Shown piece after piece: positions 63,575 to 64,000 of a stretch of 64,000 nucleotides of DNA. Below the pieces are notes generated by a model that searched no databases, was not told the origin of the DNA, and worked only from the letters and a program-made list of their open reading frames with translations. Numbering within the stretch: position 1 is the stretch's first letter; each line of letters opens with the position of its first letter. Source of the stretch: Callorhinchus milii (Eukaryota); assembly GCF_018977255.1 (NCBI RefSeq), contig NW_024704743.1:40178001-40242000 (forward strand), given 5' to 3'. Position numbers and translations under genes: made by a program.

Positions 63575-63820
63575 GCATGAGATGGTGCGGGGGCTAGAGG
63601 AGAAATCATTTATGCAGATGAAGTGGAGACTGTGTGAGAGGTAGGATTTGAACCGTTCAAGTACAGAACCATACAGGTTGAGGTGAGAGGAGAGGCAGTG
63701 AAGGAGTATAGAGTGGTCAACAGTATCAAAGACAGCAGAGAAGTCAAGGAGGGCGAGGAGGCAGAGGGAGCCCTGGTCGCAGATGGAAAACATTTCATTT
63801 GTCACTTTGACTAAAGCTGT
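63575..63820 (-). mobile_element. L2 LINE RT fragment
   Basis: TALVKVTNE..LLALLDFSAVFDTVDHSILLHCL..FKSYLSH. Confidence 0.88.
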
Positions 63821-64000
63821 CATTGATTGGCTTACTTTTTGGACAAGTAATCTTCTATTTTTCTCTAATAATTAATTCCATAATTATTTACAATTATTGA
63901 GGTTGGGCTAATGGTCGGTAGTTGCCAGATATGGTTCTGTCACCTTTCTCGAATATTTTGCTGTTGTTGTTGTTGATGGGAATAACATTTGCTTACTTAC

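Noticed and set aside
1..64000. CRISPR arrays, operons or prokaryotic defence systems
   Set aside because: The sequence is vertebrate-type repeat-rich DNA, with no regularly spaced repeats or gene-dense blocks.

Overview
This is AT-rich eukaryotic (vertebrate) non-coding DNA dominated by retroelements. I could not confidently identify any intact protein-coding gene. The repeats are L2 LINEs with (TTG)n tails, old CR1 fragments, tRNA-derived SINEs with Deu-like and CORE-like domains, and Penelope-like elements. That mix suggests a cartilaginous fish, possibly a chimaera (inference). Most ORFs in the track are L2, CR1 or SINE artefacts. Main observations: (1) an intronless, frameshifted ephrin-A (EFNA1-like) processed pseudogene at about 28.46-28.73 kb that keeps its 5' end; (2) a Penelope-like GIY-YIG element nested in an L2 with a 14-bp TSD and a hammerhead-ribozyme core, plus two short TSD-flanked copies that begin at the hammerhead; (3) three related SINE architectures forming a modular series with an L2-derived 3' stem-loop; (4) a probable L2 3' transduction shared by two copies 19 kb apart; (5) a young inverted L2 pair, a hAT-type MITE and an unclassified dispersed repeat of about 500 bp. 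Repeat boundaries were set by eye and are approximate (tens of bp) unless a TSD is quoted.
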